A stretch of DNA of 63,975 bases, filler included, from Rhabdomonas costata (taxonomy: Eukaryota): assembly GCA_019059605.1 (NCBI GenBank). It is 43 parts of 43 records of this genome, joined end to end, with 100 filler letters (N's around TTAATTAATTAA, not from the genome) between each part and the next. Parts side by side here need not be neighbours in the genome. Positions count along the whole stretch, not along the records: positions 11,927 to 13,317 come from JAHMHO010017336.1; positions 13,418 to 14,808 come from JAHMHO010017337.1; positions 14,909 to 16,299 come from JAHMHO010017338.1; positions 16,400 to 17,789 come from JAHMHO010017339.1; positions 17,890 to 19,278 come from JAHMHO010017340.1; positions 19,379 to 20,768 come from JAHMHO010017341.1; positions 20,869 to 22,258 come from JAHMHO010017342.1; positions 22,359 to 23,749 come from JAHMHO010017343.1; 35 more parts are not named here. The stretch is one strand, 5' to 3'. Below the pieces are notes generated by a model. It ran no database searches, was not told the origin of the DNA, and saw only the letters and a program-made list of their open reading frames with translations. Every line of letters starts with the position of its first letter. The stretch's first letter is position 1. Positions 12,198-24,583 of the stretch are shown piece by piece. A program made the translations under genes and the position numbers.

Positions 12198-13317
12198 TTT
12201 CGTGCCGCTGCTCGAGAAGGGCCGTCAGTTTATCATGGGCATTCTCTAGGCTGCATTCAGGAACTGCAACGCCAACAACGATGGAGTGGATCTCAGTCAA
12301 GCTTGGAAAAGCGTCCCTGACCATGAACTGAGGAGCGGTAAGCCTGTGAACCCCCTCAAGCGACCTCTGAAGGGTTGGAAGATTTGCAGTATCGGACTCA
12401 ACGAAGACTTTATCCAGGCAAGAGTACAGAGTGGCAGTTCCACCGTGGCCTTCCACAGCCTGGTGCCAACCAGAGAGCAGCCACTCTGCGGTTGCCAACT
12501 CCTTCGGGGCTAAGGGCCAGGCTGTAGTCGAGCAAAGAATTTGCCGGAGCACACTGTCTCGCTGCCCAGTTCTGAACGTGATGTCACCAGGGACATGAAT
12601 AGGGAACGGGACCCGAACAAGGCTTCGAAAGGACGATTCCGTGCTTTCCTGTGAGCTAGGGATGGGCTGATCACAAAGAGTGCAGTCATCCTCAGGCGAA
12701 AACCCAAATGCCCACAGAAGCGCAAGACGCTGATCTTCCGGGAATGAAAAAGTTGCCAATTGACCTTCCAATGCTCGCTGTAAACTTGCCTGGCGTAGCA
12801 TCTGCATCAAGGATAGCAACTGCTTGGCAGTCAGATCGACAAGGCAAGCATCAGCAACCACTGAGGCAAGATCTTGAGTTGAGTCTCCGCTCAGAAAAGC
12901 CCGGACGCGTGAACCTGCGGGAGTACAGGTCCCCTCCGATAACGCCCTGAGAGTGCGAGCTTTGTGAACAAATGCCATCCATTCTGCCTCCGAGCTGGGA
13001 GGATGAGTGAGTGCCATCCTTCCGAAGAGATGCCACAGTGAAGCTTCCCCCTTGACAGGTAAGGGCGGCAGTTTAGGGAGAACCTGGGGAAGTAGGAGTC
13101 GGGCCCGCGCAAAGTGATCCTCAGAAATGTAAAGCGGCATCCAGATCTCCGAAAAATAAAAACCTGCCGTTCCGCGGATGGCATATTTGCGGTCTTGTTG
13201 CCGACCTTTCTCCATCAGAAACACGAATGCGTTATGGCTAATGATCTCCGAGTCGTTCTCCACTGCCACCGGTCCGTTGTTCCGACTGATGCACCTCAAA
13301 GGGAAGTAGAGAGCATC
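12198..13317 (-). CDS. Hypothetical protein, long internal exon
   Basis: Open frame of >370 codons from the contig edge with protein-like composition. ISHNAF...WMPLYISEDHFARA loosely recalls a segment of large protist UBC-containing proteins (unverified recall). The 3' end is approximate. Confidence 0.6.
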
Positions 13318-13491
13318 NNNNNNNNNNNNNNNNNNNNNNNNNNNNNNNNNNNNNNNNNNNNTTAATTAATTAANNNNNNNNNNNNNNNNNNNNNNNNNNN
13401 NNNNNNNNNNNNNNNNNGTGTGGGTGTGTTTGGTGTTGGTGGTTGTGATGAATGAGCGTTGTGGTTGCGTGGGTGGGGGTGATGTTGGTAG

Positions 13492-14195
13492 GCGAGCTCT
13501 GTGTCCAAGAAGAAGGCTCGCAAGGCCCAGCCTCACGCCGCCGCGGACGCGCCTGAGGAGAGAAAGAGCACCGCAAAAAAGAAGAGGTCTGAGCCCACCC
13601 TCCTTGTCTTCTTTGTCCCATCTCGGCATGTCCTCCTCCTCCTCCTCCTCCTCCTGTTGCGCAGACCGAGCGGGAGGGAGAGTGCACCACAAAGAGCTGT
13701 GGAAGACTTCTTCTTCGATGATATTGTTGCAAAGAGGCGCTGCCGTGCCGTGAGATTTGAACACTTTATTTTAAGGAGAGTTGAGTTGGAAGTGCCAGAT
13801 ACCATTGCGATCGTGCCCTTCCCATTCTTGGTTCTTCCACTGCAATCTCCCTGTGCCCTGGGTAGATCCTTGAAAAGATCAGGAACCCCAAACTTACAAT
13901 TTGCCTCCAGAATTAGCTTGCCTCTAACGCAGCTGAATTCCAATCTGTAGGTATCTGTCTGTCTTGCTATTTTTTTTCGCGCCAAGAAAAAAGCCTCAAA
14001 ACAGCGCCGGTCAAAATCTTTGGTGTGCAAAGTTGTGCTTCCCACTTCCCTTTATATGTTCATATTCCATACCTCTTCCTACTGCGTCACTCTCCTTTTG
14101 CGGTTGGTTGCCTCAGAAACGCCTCGCTCAACCCCAGCCCTCAGCCATCGGCCCGCCGACCCGAACCAGATGGCAAACTCCTCGCTCAGATCAAG
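13492..14195 (+). CDS. Basic low-complexity hypothetical protein; exons 13492-13586 and 14117-14195
   Basis: TAG|ASSVSKKKARK...STAKKK-AG|GT joins CAG|A-NASLNPSPQPSARRPEPDGKLLAQIK|GT in matching phase 2. Confidence 0.55.
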
Positions 14196-14808
14196 GTGGG
14201 ATGTCATATGTGTGTGTGTGGGGAGGGGCACTTTGTACCTTTGTTTGCATGCCTGCGTGTAGCAACAGTGGAAAAGCAGGAGCTGGGATCTGGTGCTGTG
14301 AATGCCGGTTTTGCATCCGCCCCTATGTTGTCGTGACCCAAAGCCACACCGGAGCGTAGCCTCGGAAGCCCAATTTAAGACTACTTGCATAGTCTAGGGT
14401 GGTCTGTCGCAGTGCCGAGCCAAGCCGAGCCTTCTGTGAAGTGAAGGACACCCCCCTTCCCTCCCCTCTCCCCTAATGTTGCAGGACCTGCAACTGGAGA
14501 ACACCCAGCTGAAGGCACACCTACGGCAGGCAGAGATGGCGAACTACCAGAAGTCCGTTCCCTGTACGTTCCGCTTTCTGGGCTGTTCCCGCTTCCCATA
14601 CTCCAAAAGTTTTCATTTCTCATAAAGCCTCATAAAGTCTTATTATATGGACCGCTTAACATTAAAAGTGTGCAAAGTTGTGCTTCCCACTTCCCTTTAT
14701 ATGTTCATATTCCATACCTCTTCCTACTGCGTCACTCTCCTTTTGCGGTTGGTTGCCTCAGAAACGCCTCGCTCAACCCCAGCCCTCAGCCATCGGCCCG
14801 CCGACCCG
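14023..14808 (+). repeat. Exact direct repeat of at least 141 bp (14023-14163 = 14668-14808), period 645 bp
   Basis: The copies are identical by eye. The second is cut by the contig end. Confidence 0.95.
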
Positions 14809-15370
14809 NNNNNNNNNNNNNNNNNNNNNNNNNNNNNNNNNNNNNNNNNNNNTTAATTAATTAANNNNNNNNNNNNNNNNNNNNNNNNNNNNNNNNNNNN
14901 NNNNNNNNTGTGGTGTTGCTGGCACCTTAACGAGTAAATGTTGCGGAAACTCTCCCTCTGTGGCCAAAAGCAACCTGTTCACCTTTTTTGCAACGCATTC
15001 ATTGATGTCGATTGCGCGCACTAGGCAACTGCACAAAAAATGTTAAGGAGTCCACCGAAGGGAACACACGCCCACTGGAACACGCGTGCGGAGGCGATGC
15101 GCACACTCACTGAGACACCGCCCGATGTTAGGCGCTGCGCTTGGTTGGCCCTGATCAGCAATAATCTCTGGCCCGCGTGGTGGGTCTCGTAGATACCCCC
15201 GCCCGCCATTGGTTCACCCCTCAACTATTGCTGCTGGTTGAGTGCCCGGTGTCGTCAATGCAATGAGCAAGCTGACATGAACTTGTGATCCCTGCTACAT
15301 TGCGGTTTAGCTGGCTTTGATGCTCAACACTTCTTGGTCTTTCTTGGCATGCACCTCCTCCTCCTCAAAG

Positions 15371-16299
15371 ATGATGTCGTCCCTATCCGAGGATGCATTG
15401 GTTTGCAGCTTTCGATTCCTAGGGCAAAAGTCACAGGTCAGGCTGCGGCTGGTTTGCAAGCAGTTTCGAAGCCTTGTTGACGAGAATCTTGCCCCTCAGT
15501 GGAAGATTATTCTCCGGCTCCCACAGCGCCTCAATGATCCCACGGATTGGCAACGTGCGACAGAGCGTATGTGGCTTGCCAGCTCTGCAGCGGCGATTTC
15601 GGTGAGAAGCTGGAAGTTCATGGAACGTTTGCTTGGGATCGCAGAAGCGGGAATGCAGGCATTTGCAGCTTCCTCTTTGTTCCCCAAGCTTACCTCCGTG
15701 GATGTGAGCAAGAATCGTATCGGAGAAGCGGGAATGCAGGCATTGGCAGCTTCCTCTTTATTCCCCAACCTTAACTCATTGGGTGTGAGTCTCAGTCAGA
15801 TCGAAGAAGCGGGAATGCAAGCATTGGCAGCTTCCTCTTTCTTCCCCAACCTTACCTCTTTGGATGTGAGCCGGAATCGCATCGGAGATGCGGGAATGCA
15901 AGCATTTGCAGCTTCCTCTTTCTTCCCCAAGCTTACCTCCTTGGATGTGAGCGAGAATCAGATCGGAGAAGCGGGAATGCAAGCATTGGCAACTTCCTCT
16001 TTCTTTCCCAATCTTAATTATTTGCTTATGTGGGAGAATGAGATCGGAGAAGCGGGAATGCAGGCATTTGCGTCTTCCTCTTTCTTCCCCCAGCTTTCCT
16101 CCTTGGATCTGAGCTTGAATGAGATCGGAGAAGCGGGAATGCAAGCATTTGTAGCTTCCTCTTTATTCCCCAAGTTTGCCTCCTTGGATGTGACCAGCAA
16201 TGGAATCGGGGATGCGGGAATGCAGGCACTTGCATCTTCCTCTTTATTCCCCAACCTTACCTCTTTGGATGTGGGCTTGAATGAGATCGGAGAAGCGGG
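15371..16299 (+). CDS. F-box protein with 27-aa RI-like leucine-rich repeats (3' partial, no intron seen)
   Basis: N-terminal LSEDALVCSFRFLGQKSQVRLRLVCKQFRSLV is F-box-like. It is followed by 8 complete 81-nt repeats EAGMQA(L/F)AASS(L/F)FP.L..L.(V/L)..N.IG starting at 15644. Confidence 0.9.
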
Positions 16300-16789
16300 N
16301 NNNNNNNNNNNNNNNNNNNNNNNNNNNNNNNNNNNNNNNNNNNTTAATTAATTAANNNNNNNNNNNNNNNNNNNNNNNNNNNNNNNNNNNNNNNNNNNNA
16401 GCAATGGAAAAAGAAGGGGTGGTTCACTGAGGCGAGCCACGTAGTCGTGTCGGTGCGAATGCAACGCCTCTTAAAGGCTGAACACAACAGCTGTGCCGCA
16501 GTGCAGATTGGGAGGACCCCAGAACCTAAAACGGAAAACCACCCTACATCAAGGGTCCACACAAAACTGCGATCTATAGAACTTTGATTGTGGGGTCGGC
16601 TTGAATGTGCGATGCATGGTTACAGTGTTGGTTATCACTGGTGGTAATGATTAAGATGCCAAATCCGCTCAGCCCCCCGACGAGATGATTGGACGGGATG
16701 AAACGTGGGCAAGGGAAGCGGGAGGGGGGGGAGGTGTTGAAGGAAGTGAAGCTCTACACAACAGGAAAAATTAGAGAAACCTCTGCACT

Positions 16790-17603
16790 ACCCCCGAGGC
16801 GGGCACGAAGAGGCCCGCAATGGCCAGCGCTGCACTGTACCCCAACTGCAATGCGAGGCACAGTACTCGGGCCTTCACGCCGTCTTTGCACCCCAGGAAG
16901 CCCGTGGAGCTGCGGAAGTGGCCAGCCGTATCCCCGCTTACCGCCAACACCCCAGCCACTCCCCACACCGCAACTCCAGCAAGGTGCAGGATCGCCACAC
17001 CACCGCCGCTGCCGTCCACCCAAACCAACCCCAGCGGCCATGCCAGAGCCGAGGTTGCCGCCCAGGCGTGAGCCAAGGAGGCAAAAGGCCACCTGCGCAA
17101 ACGCCTCGGCCACCTCCCTGCAGAACCCAACAGCCCCAAGGCGATGCCGTCCACCAAGGACAGCACAAATCCCACCGCGGCAGCGGTGAGCTGGGGGCCA
17201 GAATCCTCGCAGGGAAGGAGGAAGGAGATCGAGATGGCCGCGCAAGCCAGTAGGTGAGCCAGCAGGGTTGCATAGGGTTGGAAGGACACCGTTCTTTGGG
17301 TTGGGTGGTGGGAGAGCGGGGTGGGCATCGAAAGAGGAATGGAGGAGAAAGATCGGGCGGAGGCTATGTGGGCGCGGGGGCCCACCGGGGTACTCAGAGG
17401 GCCCAGAGGGGTGAGCTCTGTGCCGCTCCGGCAGGTTGAGGGGGTAGCGGTAATCGTGGAGAAGGCCGGGGGACCGTCCCAGCCAGCCGAGGCGCGCCGA
17501 GAGAGGGCCCAGCTATGCAGAGCCCAGACGATCTCGAGAAGCGCCAATGCGCCCACTGTCAAGGGAACCACCAGCATTGTAAACAACGGGTGACACCGAC
17601 CAC
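16790..17603 (-). CDS. Hypothetical multi-pass membrane protein exon
   Basis: ~270-codon GC-rich open frame with several hydrophobic segments, and a pyrimidine tract plus CAG acceptor at ~17604. No family recognised. Confidence 0.5.
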
Positions 17604-20268
17604 TGCCAAATAGATAAGAATAATGCCGACGCGCAGAGGTTCAAGGGGAAGGGGGTTGAAGGGAATTGGGGGGATGCGGAAAAAGGTAACAAGACAAGGT
17701 AGTTATAAAAAGGGGACCAAGTACTCTGCAAAAAGCCAAACCCCAACACCCCAACAAAACCCCAAGACCTCACCCTCCAAAAGACTATCNNNNNNNNNNN
17801 NNNNNNNNNNNNNNNNNNNNNNNNNNNNNNNNNTTAATTAATTAANNNNNNNNNNNNNNNNNNNNNNNNNNNNNNNNNNNNNNNNNNNNGGGGTTGGTGC
17901 GGCTGGAAACTCACACGAACGAACCGTTCCGGTGTGCAATCTCCCGCCAGGCCTCTGAAAAATCTTACTATTCACCGTCAAGGTGGAATCTTTCATTCAG
18001 CTGAAGCAAATGTAAAACCACAAGAAATATGGAACCAACCCATTGTAAAAGAGTTACGGACTCGTGGGATGTTGCAAGCACTCTCGGTGGCAGAGAGAAA
18101 GAATGGCGAAGAACGTAAGAAGGAATGATTCAATTATGATTCCCAAAGAACAATAATTCGAGAACCTTATTACGAGCTGCCTCTCTCTACAATCCTGGAT
18201 TTACTAGAAATATATCTGCCTCCGCCTCCCACAACTGGCTTCATTCCAGTTTCGCGAACACAAAAAACGCAAATCTTGACGTCTCAACGCACCTCACACC
18301 ATACCCACGCCAACAACACACAATGCAGCACGGGAAACGTGCTCGCTCTGATCTCCCGCTGCGGCAATGCCGAGGCGGGAAATGTGAGAGGAAGAATCCA
18401 CAATTCAAGGAGATTGTTGAGGGTGAAGCACGCCCCACAATTGAAGCACTTCCCTTTAAAAGTCACAAGAAGAAGACTTCTTCTTCCTACCATGACCTTT
18501 AAATGCATCACTCTCTGAAGTCACGTCGCAGAAGACTGGGAGCCCAGTATGTGCCTCTCACAGTCGGCAGTTCATCGGGGGGAAAGCGCACCTCACACTA
18601 ACGTCCCCTCCCTCCAACACATACTATAAGGAAGTCCACCAAAAACGCTACGAAAGAAAGGGCAGCACCAGAATAGCAGGAGGGGACTGCACACAAATGC
18701 ATGCATACCGTGGATTGGGTGGGGTGAACCTCACAGTCACCGCGCAAGCAAAAACATATAAATCAACGGTGTGCCCACAAAAACACAACACCCGGAGGAC
18801 GCCCGCACGAAAAGCAAAAAGAGCCACATCAGGAAGTGTTGCGGAGAAGGGGGGGGGGGCAAGTCACTACAGGCATTCGACGTGCTCTTTTCAAAAGCAA
18901 TTGAACAGCCTGTCATACAACACCAACCAGAACCCACGACAACAAACAATGAACCATTTATGTCCTCTGTACACATAGGAAGGGCCACGCCAATGGAATC
19001 TTTTAAAGCTGACCCAGTCGGCGGAGCTGAAAATGCAGCTCATCTATGACCACGTTGATGTACCTGCGAAACGCCATTCGAACAAAAGTAATTCCACCAT
19101 CAGATACACTAGAAAACCCTAACCCGCAACCACCCCACGGATATTCTCAGGAGCCCTGTTCTGGCCAAGCCGTGCACTCCCTGCAAAAATCAAAATAGTC
19201 GGCCCTCACACGCAAGCGCGCGCAAAAGACAATGTAACCGTGCGTAAGCTTTATTCTGCCGGGGATCCTGAGAATATCNNNNNNNNNNNNNNNNNNNNNN
19301 NNNNNNNNNNNNNNNNNNNNNNTTAATTAATTAANNNNNNNNNNNNNNNNNNNNNNNNNNNNNNNNNNNNNNNNNNNNGGGGTGGGGTGTGTTGGAAGGT
19401 CTCTGTGGTGTGGTTGTGGTTTTGATCTCGCTCCGATTGTGCTCTGCAAAATTTCCCTTTTAACAGTTTTTCGACTGTGAGACTCCTCCAAACACGAGTG
19501 CGTGTGCGAAATACTTGCTTCCTCCCTGCTTTTCTTGGGCTCTCTTCTACCCTTCCAAACTGCCACAGCCGTACCCCCACTCCCCACCCCACGGCTTTTT
19601 TCTCTCTTCTTGCGCACTTGCCCTGCTCCCTTCCACGCACGGGTATTCCGCTGGTTCCTATGGCAGTTTGCTATTATCAATTCAACTCTTCCACCTGCAA
19701 TTGTTCACTTTGGTTTCGCCACCTTTCATTTGTTCGAACCAAAGTCGCCGTTTTGGCTTTCTTGATGGAAAACCCCAACAAATTTGTTTCCGATGGACAT
19801 GGCCTCCCGCAGGCGCGAGCGACGACGGGCGACTGCTGACGGGTGTACTTCGTTATGGCTTCGGGGTTTGGGGTATGCCCTGATTTGTGCACCGCTTGGG
19901 TGGGAACAGCCGGGAAACCAAAAACAAAGAAAAAAAAGCAGGGGGGTACGGTGCAGGATAACATAACCATGGGCGCAAGCACACCTTTCATGTTTGATTC
20001 CTCCTTTTGACTCCGGATGGTGCTGGATTCCCAAGTAACGGGTTTATTGCCCGTTGATACTTGGCGCGACGAACTTCGTATGCTCAGATGGAACGTTTGT
20101 TTGAGAAGTGAAACGCACGTGAGTGCACAACTTGCGTTTGCGTGAATCCCTGGACAAGAAAAAGCTGACGTTCGTTTTCGGCAACCGTATCAGATACCTT
20201 CAGGAATATTCGTGGCACCCTAAATATCTCATCGTCGATTGCATGTTTTAGAAAAGATTCGCATCGAC

Positions 20269-20484
20269 CCCGCCCTTGGCCTTCGCCGCAAATTGGCCAG
20301 CTCTGCGCAGCAGCAGAAAGGCCACGAACAGAAGCACCCGGATCGACACCAGGCGCCTCAGCGCATGCCAGCACTGTGCCGAGCGTTCACGCAGAGGCGG
20401 CTCCCCAATGGTGGAGAACGATGCCCTTGACAAAGAGGCAGTAGGGAAGGCGGCTTCAGACGCCAAGGAAGCGGGTCCGGGCAT
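20269..20484 (-). CDS. Possible first exon of a hypothetical protein with one TM segment
   Basis: TTTCAG acceptor 26 nt before the ATG; MPGPASLASE...RVLLFVAFLLLRR...KGG followed by GT. Confidence 0.35.
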
Positions 20485-22359
20485 TGCAATTTTTGAGCAG
20501 GAGAGCGGGCCTGAAACACAAACAAGCAAAAGGCTGCTGACAAGACGTGTTGAAAAGAGGAACAAAACACGTCAAACACGTGTTTCAAGCATCCCGTTTT
20601 TGAAACTGATGTTTCGCACATGCTCCGTCTCTCCACAGCACACCTCTTTCATACCCTAATTTTGTGTGTTATGGAACCACGCTCCCTCACTCCCTCATGT
20701 CTTCTGAGCCTGACCCACAGCGGAGGCGAACGGAGGAGGCACCCCCACGCTGGGCGCTTGAGCTCTCCNNNNNNNNNNNNNNNNNNNNNNNNNNNNNNNN
20801 NNNNNNNNNNNNTTAATTAATTAANNNNNNNNNNNNNNNNNNNNNNNNNNNNNNNNNNNNNNNNNNNNGCCCCCGGCATAGCTCCGCCCGGGTGAAGCCA
20901 GTCTCGCCACACCCGGTGGCTCCCCCCCGAAGGCACAGCGCTGGCCTGAGTCGGCCTACCGCTCCTCGGGCCGCCAGGGAAGACCCCAGGGCGGGTGCTG
21001 AGGGTGTCCGCCGAAGCTCCAATGTCTCGGAAAGTACCTCTTGTGGGTATGCATCCGAGACCACACTCCTCCCGCCAATTCGGTGATCCCTCTCCCTCAC
21101 GCAACATCGGCCTCTGTGTCCTTCAACGGTGCCTAACTCCTTCCCTGGGATGTGGAGCGGCAATTTTTGTCGTTACAGGCGCAGCTACCCACGGTTTTGG
21201 GGTAGGGCATGTGTTCTTATACGTTCTGTACGGGAGTAGATTCGCGCGCTTTCGCGTTCGTTTTTGCGGTGTTGTACAGGCCTTTGGCACGGCCCCCACC
21301 CCCACCTCAAACCCCAGCTTATTGTGCAGCTCTTGTACTGTATTTTTTCTTTCCTTGCCCGCCGCTTGAAAGGGAAGCTGTTCAGTGACTAACGTTATCC
21401 ATTCGCTCGCGCATTGTCAATCTCCCTCGAATGGCTTGGCCAACCGTGGGAGCGGTTTCATGATGCTTGCCTACAAATACCTTCGCAAGTAATGACCTTT
21501 CTGAGGTTTGTTGGCGTCTGTGGGTGGTTTCGTTCGCAATGGGTCGGTGAAGATGATGAGTTCTTATCAACATGTGCCAACACGTGTTGGGTTCTGTGTT
21601 ACAGCATATTCCCTCAGAGTTGTGTTCGACAAGGCATTCTTGTTGCTGACCTGTCATGGTGCATGTGCTTTCGGTCTTCTTCTGCTTGCCTGCTGTCTTT
21701 GCAAGGATTTGACTGACGGTGATAAGTGCGGCCGAATGTGAAAAGATGAAGGTTCTGAACGGCGCCCAACGCGACATGACGAACCAATACTCAATGTGGA
21801 TCCAGGGTGTCAGGATCTTAGTAATCGTTAGTAATTGTTAATTGTGGGGAAACGTGAAGGGAGAGCAGACTAATCCGGACTAGTCCTTTGCCTTGTCCTT
21901 TTTCAACATAGCAAACTTTCGCCTGCAAGCAAGTGGTGATGGTGTGTTTGTACAAGGAGAACTATGTGGACACAATGTCCACTTCTTGCACCTTGGAAAT
22001 TTCTGGAGTGATTCTGTCGAACACTGGGACCTATGCCTTCTGGTTTGGTACTCGAACGGCGATGGGTCTCGGCAAGCTGTACCCTACGTCAAACCTTGGA
22101 CTCCAAAGATGGCGATGGGGACTACACACAGTGTCTACACCTTGCTCTTGTCTCGTCGGTGGACATCAGTGGGCAAGCACCGCTTGCTACAGAAGCTACA
22201 TGTCTTTTTGCTTATTTGTGACTTCCTCTTTACGTATGAATGCAGGGACCCCACCAACNNNNNNNNNNNNNNNNNNNNNNNNNNNNNNNNNNNNNNNNNN
22301 NNTTAATTAATTAANNNNNNNNNNNNNNNNNNNNNNNNNNNNNNNNNNNNNNNNNNNNG

Positions 22360-23046
22360 TCGTTGCTCTCGCTAACCCGCGAGACTCATATCAAGCAGCT
22401 GGAGATGCCGATGCTTGGTTGTTGCATGCCTCGAAACGTGCAGCTGTATCCTGAGCTGACGGTTGAGCCTTTGGCGACATACTACGGGCGCCGCGCCGAT
22501 GCCTACCAGTTCGTGCGCGATGTCCTGACCTCTCACTTCAGCGTTTCTGAGCTGAGCTCGTCGCAAAGGCTGGTCCTTGGGCAGCCCAACGGGAAGCCCT
22601 TGCTGGCCGAGCTGGAGGAGATGATCCGTCTGTTTCGGGGGCTTCAGCAGCTTGTGCTCCACGAGCTTGGGTTTCCAAAGCGCTCTGCAGGTGAGGATTA
22701 CGAGGAGATCGCGCGGAAGTGGGTTGGGGCGATCTCCCAAGACTCCGACGTCTGCACGGATAACCGGATGATGGTGCCCGTCTTTTATGATACACAGAAG
22801 AAGAAGTACAAGGTGTGGTGTGTCATGGGTTACGCCACGAAGACGGTGAGCATTTCCTTTGCCGTGCCCCCGAAGGTGACCTCTGGGAACCCCGGAGTCG
22901 ACCTGAAGACGAAGAAAGTGGACTACCTCTATGCCGCGTTTGCGGAGGTGTATGCCCGGCGTCTGCTTTCGAGAGAGGAGTTCCGCGCGCTGTGCGACAG
23001 GCAGGAGACCTTCTCCGCGATAATTGGCGCTGTGGAGGCCTTGTAA
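22360..23046 (+). CDS. Bacterial-type conserved hypothetical protein C-terminus (remote DUF3160-like), 5' partial
   Basis: Uninterrupted GC3-rich frame ending in TAA. Motifs LTRETHIKQLE, L.VEPLATYY.RRA, D.RMMVPVFYD, KVW...G and L.REEFR.LCD are recalled from bacterial hypothetical proteins. Confidence 0.8.
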   Translation, partial: SLLSLTRETHIKQLEMPMLGCCMPRNVQLYPELTVEPLATYYGRRADAYQFVRDVLTSHFSVSELSSSQRLVLGQPNGKPLLAELEEMIRLFRGLQQLVLHELGFPKRSAGEDYEEIARKWVGAISQDSDVCTDNRMMVPVFYDTQKKKYKVWCVMGYATKTVSISFAVPPKVTSGNPGVDLKTKKVDYLYAAFAEVYARRLLSREEFRALCDRQETFSAIIGAVEAL

Positions 23047-24526
23047 GAGGGGTAAGGATTGAGGTGCAGGTGGTTCTTTGACCGATTTGCACCTTATGAG
23101 AAGGTGTGTGTCTGTGTCTGTGTGAAGGTGGGGCTGCTTTTCAACTCAACCTGCCTTTTGGTGTTGAAGTGCGGTGCAACTGTGTGCCTCCTACGTGTTT
23201 TGTTTGCTTTTCCATCGCTTTGTTTTGTTTTTACCAACCTTTTCTTCCGAAGGTGTGCTTCTGTGGTTTGTCTCAGGGTTTGTCTTGGTTCTAGTGTTTC
23301 CGACCTGTGAAGTGATGCGTGCCCTTTTATGGCTTCCTCACAAAAATGCTTCAAGTGTGGTGGAGAGGACTTCCGCCGAGATGATTTTTTTGTATCCCTA
23401 CGTGCTGCTGGAAACGGCTGAATTTCAAGGCAAAAGATTTAATAAAGGTGCATGGTGGGAATGCGGTGAACGCGCAAGTCGGTTCTTGGTTCTCCACAAC
23501 TGATTCTTTTTTTACTCGGATAGGATACTCAGCGTCTGCGGTTCCTTGTTCGGCGACAGCTGACGGACACTAGTGCGATTAACCGGTGAGAACGCGGGAG
23601 GGTGGGGTGCAGCTGTGCTGTTGTGCAAGTCGAACAACTACAACTCCTCGGAAGAATCATCCAACTTTGTGCTTAAGCGGGGGTCTTAAGCACAAAGTTG
23701 GATGATTCTTCCGAGGAGTTGTAGTTGTTCGACTTGCACAACAACACACNNNNNNNNNNNNNNNNNNNNNNNNNNNNNNNNNNNNNNNNNNNNTTAATTA
23801 ATTAANNNNNNNNNNNNNNNNNNNNNNNNNNNNNNNNNNNNNNNNNNNNTTTTTGGGGAAGGGGTGAGGGGGGCAGAGAATTAATGCATGAAAGGCACGG
23901 CTCCTTTTTCTGTGGTGGTTGCTCTTTCGTCTCACCTGAAGCAAAGAGCAAAAGGGGACGCCTTCAGTTGAAACCTGCTCCGCCTAACGAATACAAAGAG
24001 CATGCTTTAGCGATTTCCACAATTTGGGCGCCTAGAATACAGTTTCGCCGTTTTAAGGTATACGCTCGATATAGAGAACGAACAACGGGAGAGTCTGGGG
24101 AGGGTTCTGCCTCTGCGCCGCCCTGAAACCTCTTGCGATCTCTTTAGCCTCGTTCCCTCCGCTAGGCGCACAAAAGCCATTTGTGTTTTGCAAAAACGCC
24201 ATCCCCCACCCCACCCGATGATATTCGAAGCACCATTAACCCAGCTAATTCCACGTGATTCATATAAAACCTGTCGAAAAGGGAAGTAGCCTACAAGCCT
24301 ACAAGGATAAGGAAATATGGAAGATCTGGCACCGCTTTGTTCCAGCTTCCTTCACGCTCAACAATGCCAAGCTTAAAAACAAAAGAAAGTTCAAAGCTCT
24401 CTAAAGGGCCTCGTATGCACAGGGAAGCATTACAGACACTACGGTAAATTCTCCGTGGGGTTTCGCGTAAAAAAATGCCGCGCAACCACGACTTGGCAAC
24501 ATGTCAGTAGAGGCACCACGTCAACT

Positions 24527-24583
24527 AAGTTGTGTATAGCGTTGACAAGCGTTGACGTTAAGTTGTGCATAGCGTTGACAAGC
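24527..24583 (+). repeat. Short tandem duplication (33-nt period, AAGTTGTG(T/C)ATAGCGTTGACAAGC)
   Basis: Seen directly. Confidence 0.8.

Noticed and set aside
21893..22202. Open frames of ~100-120 codons
   Set aside because: Two frames are open with no motif to choose between them; unsupported.
23619..23743. Perfect 59-bp hairpin as a pre-miRNA, MITE or hairpin telomere
   Set aside because: Zero mismatches and located at the contig edge like four others; no TSD; fold-back artefact.
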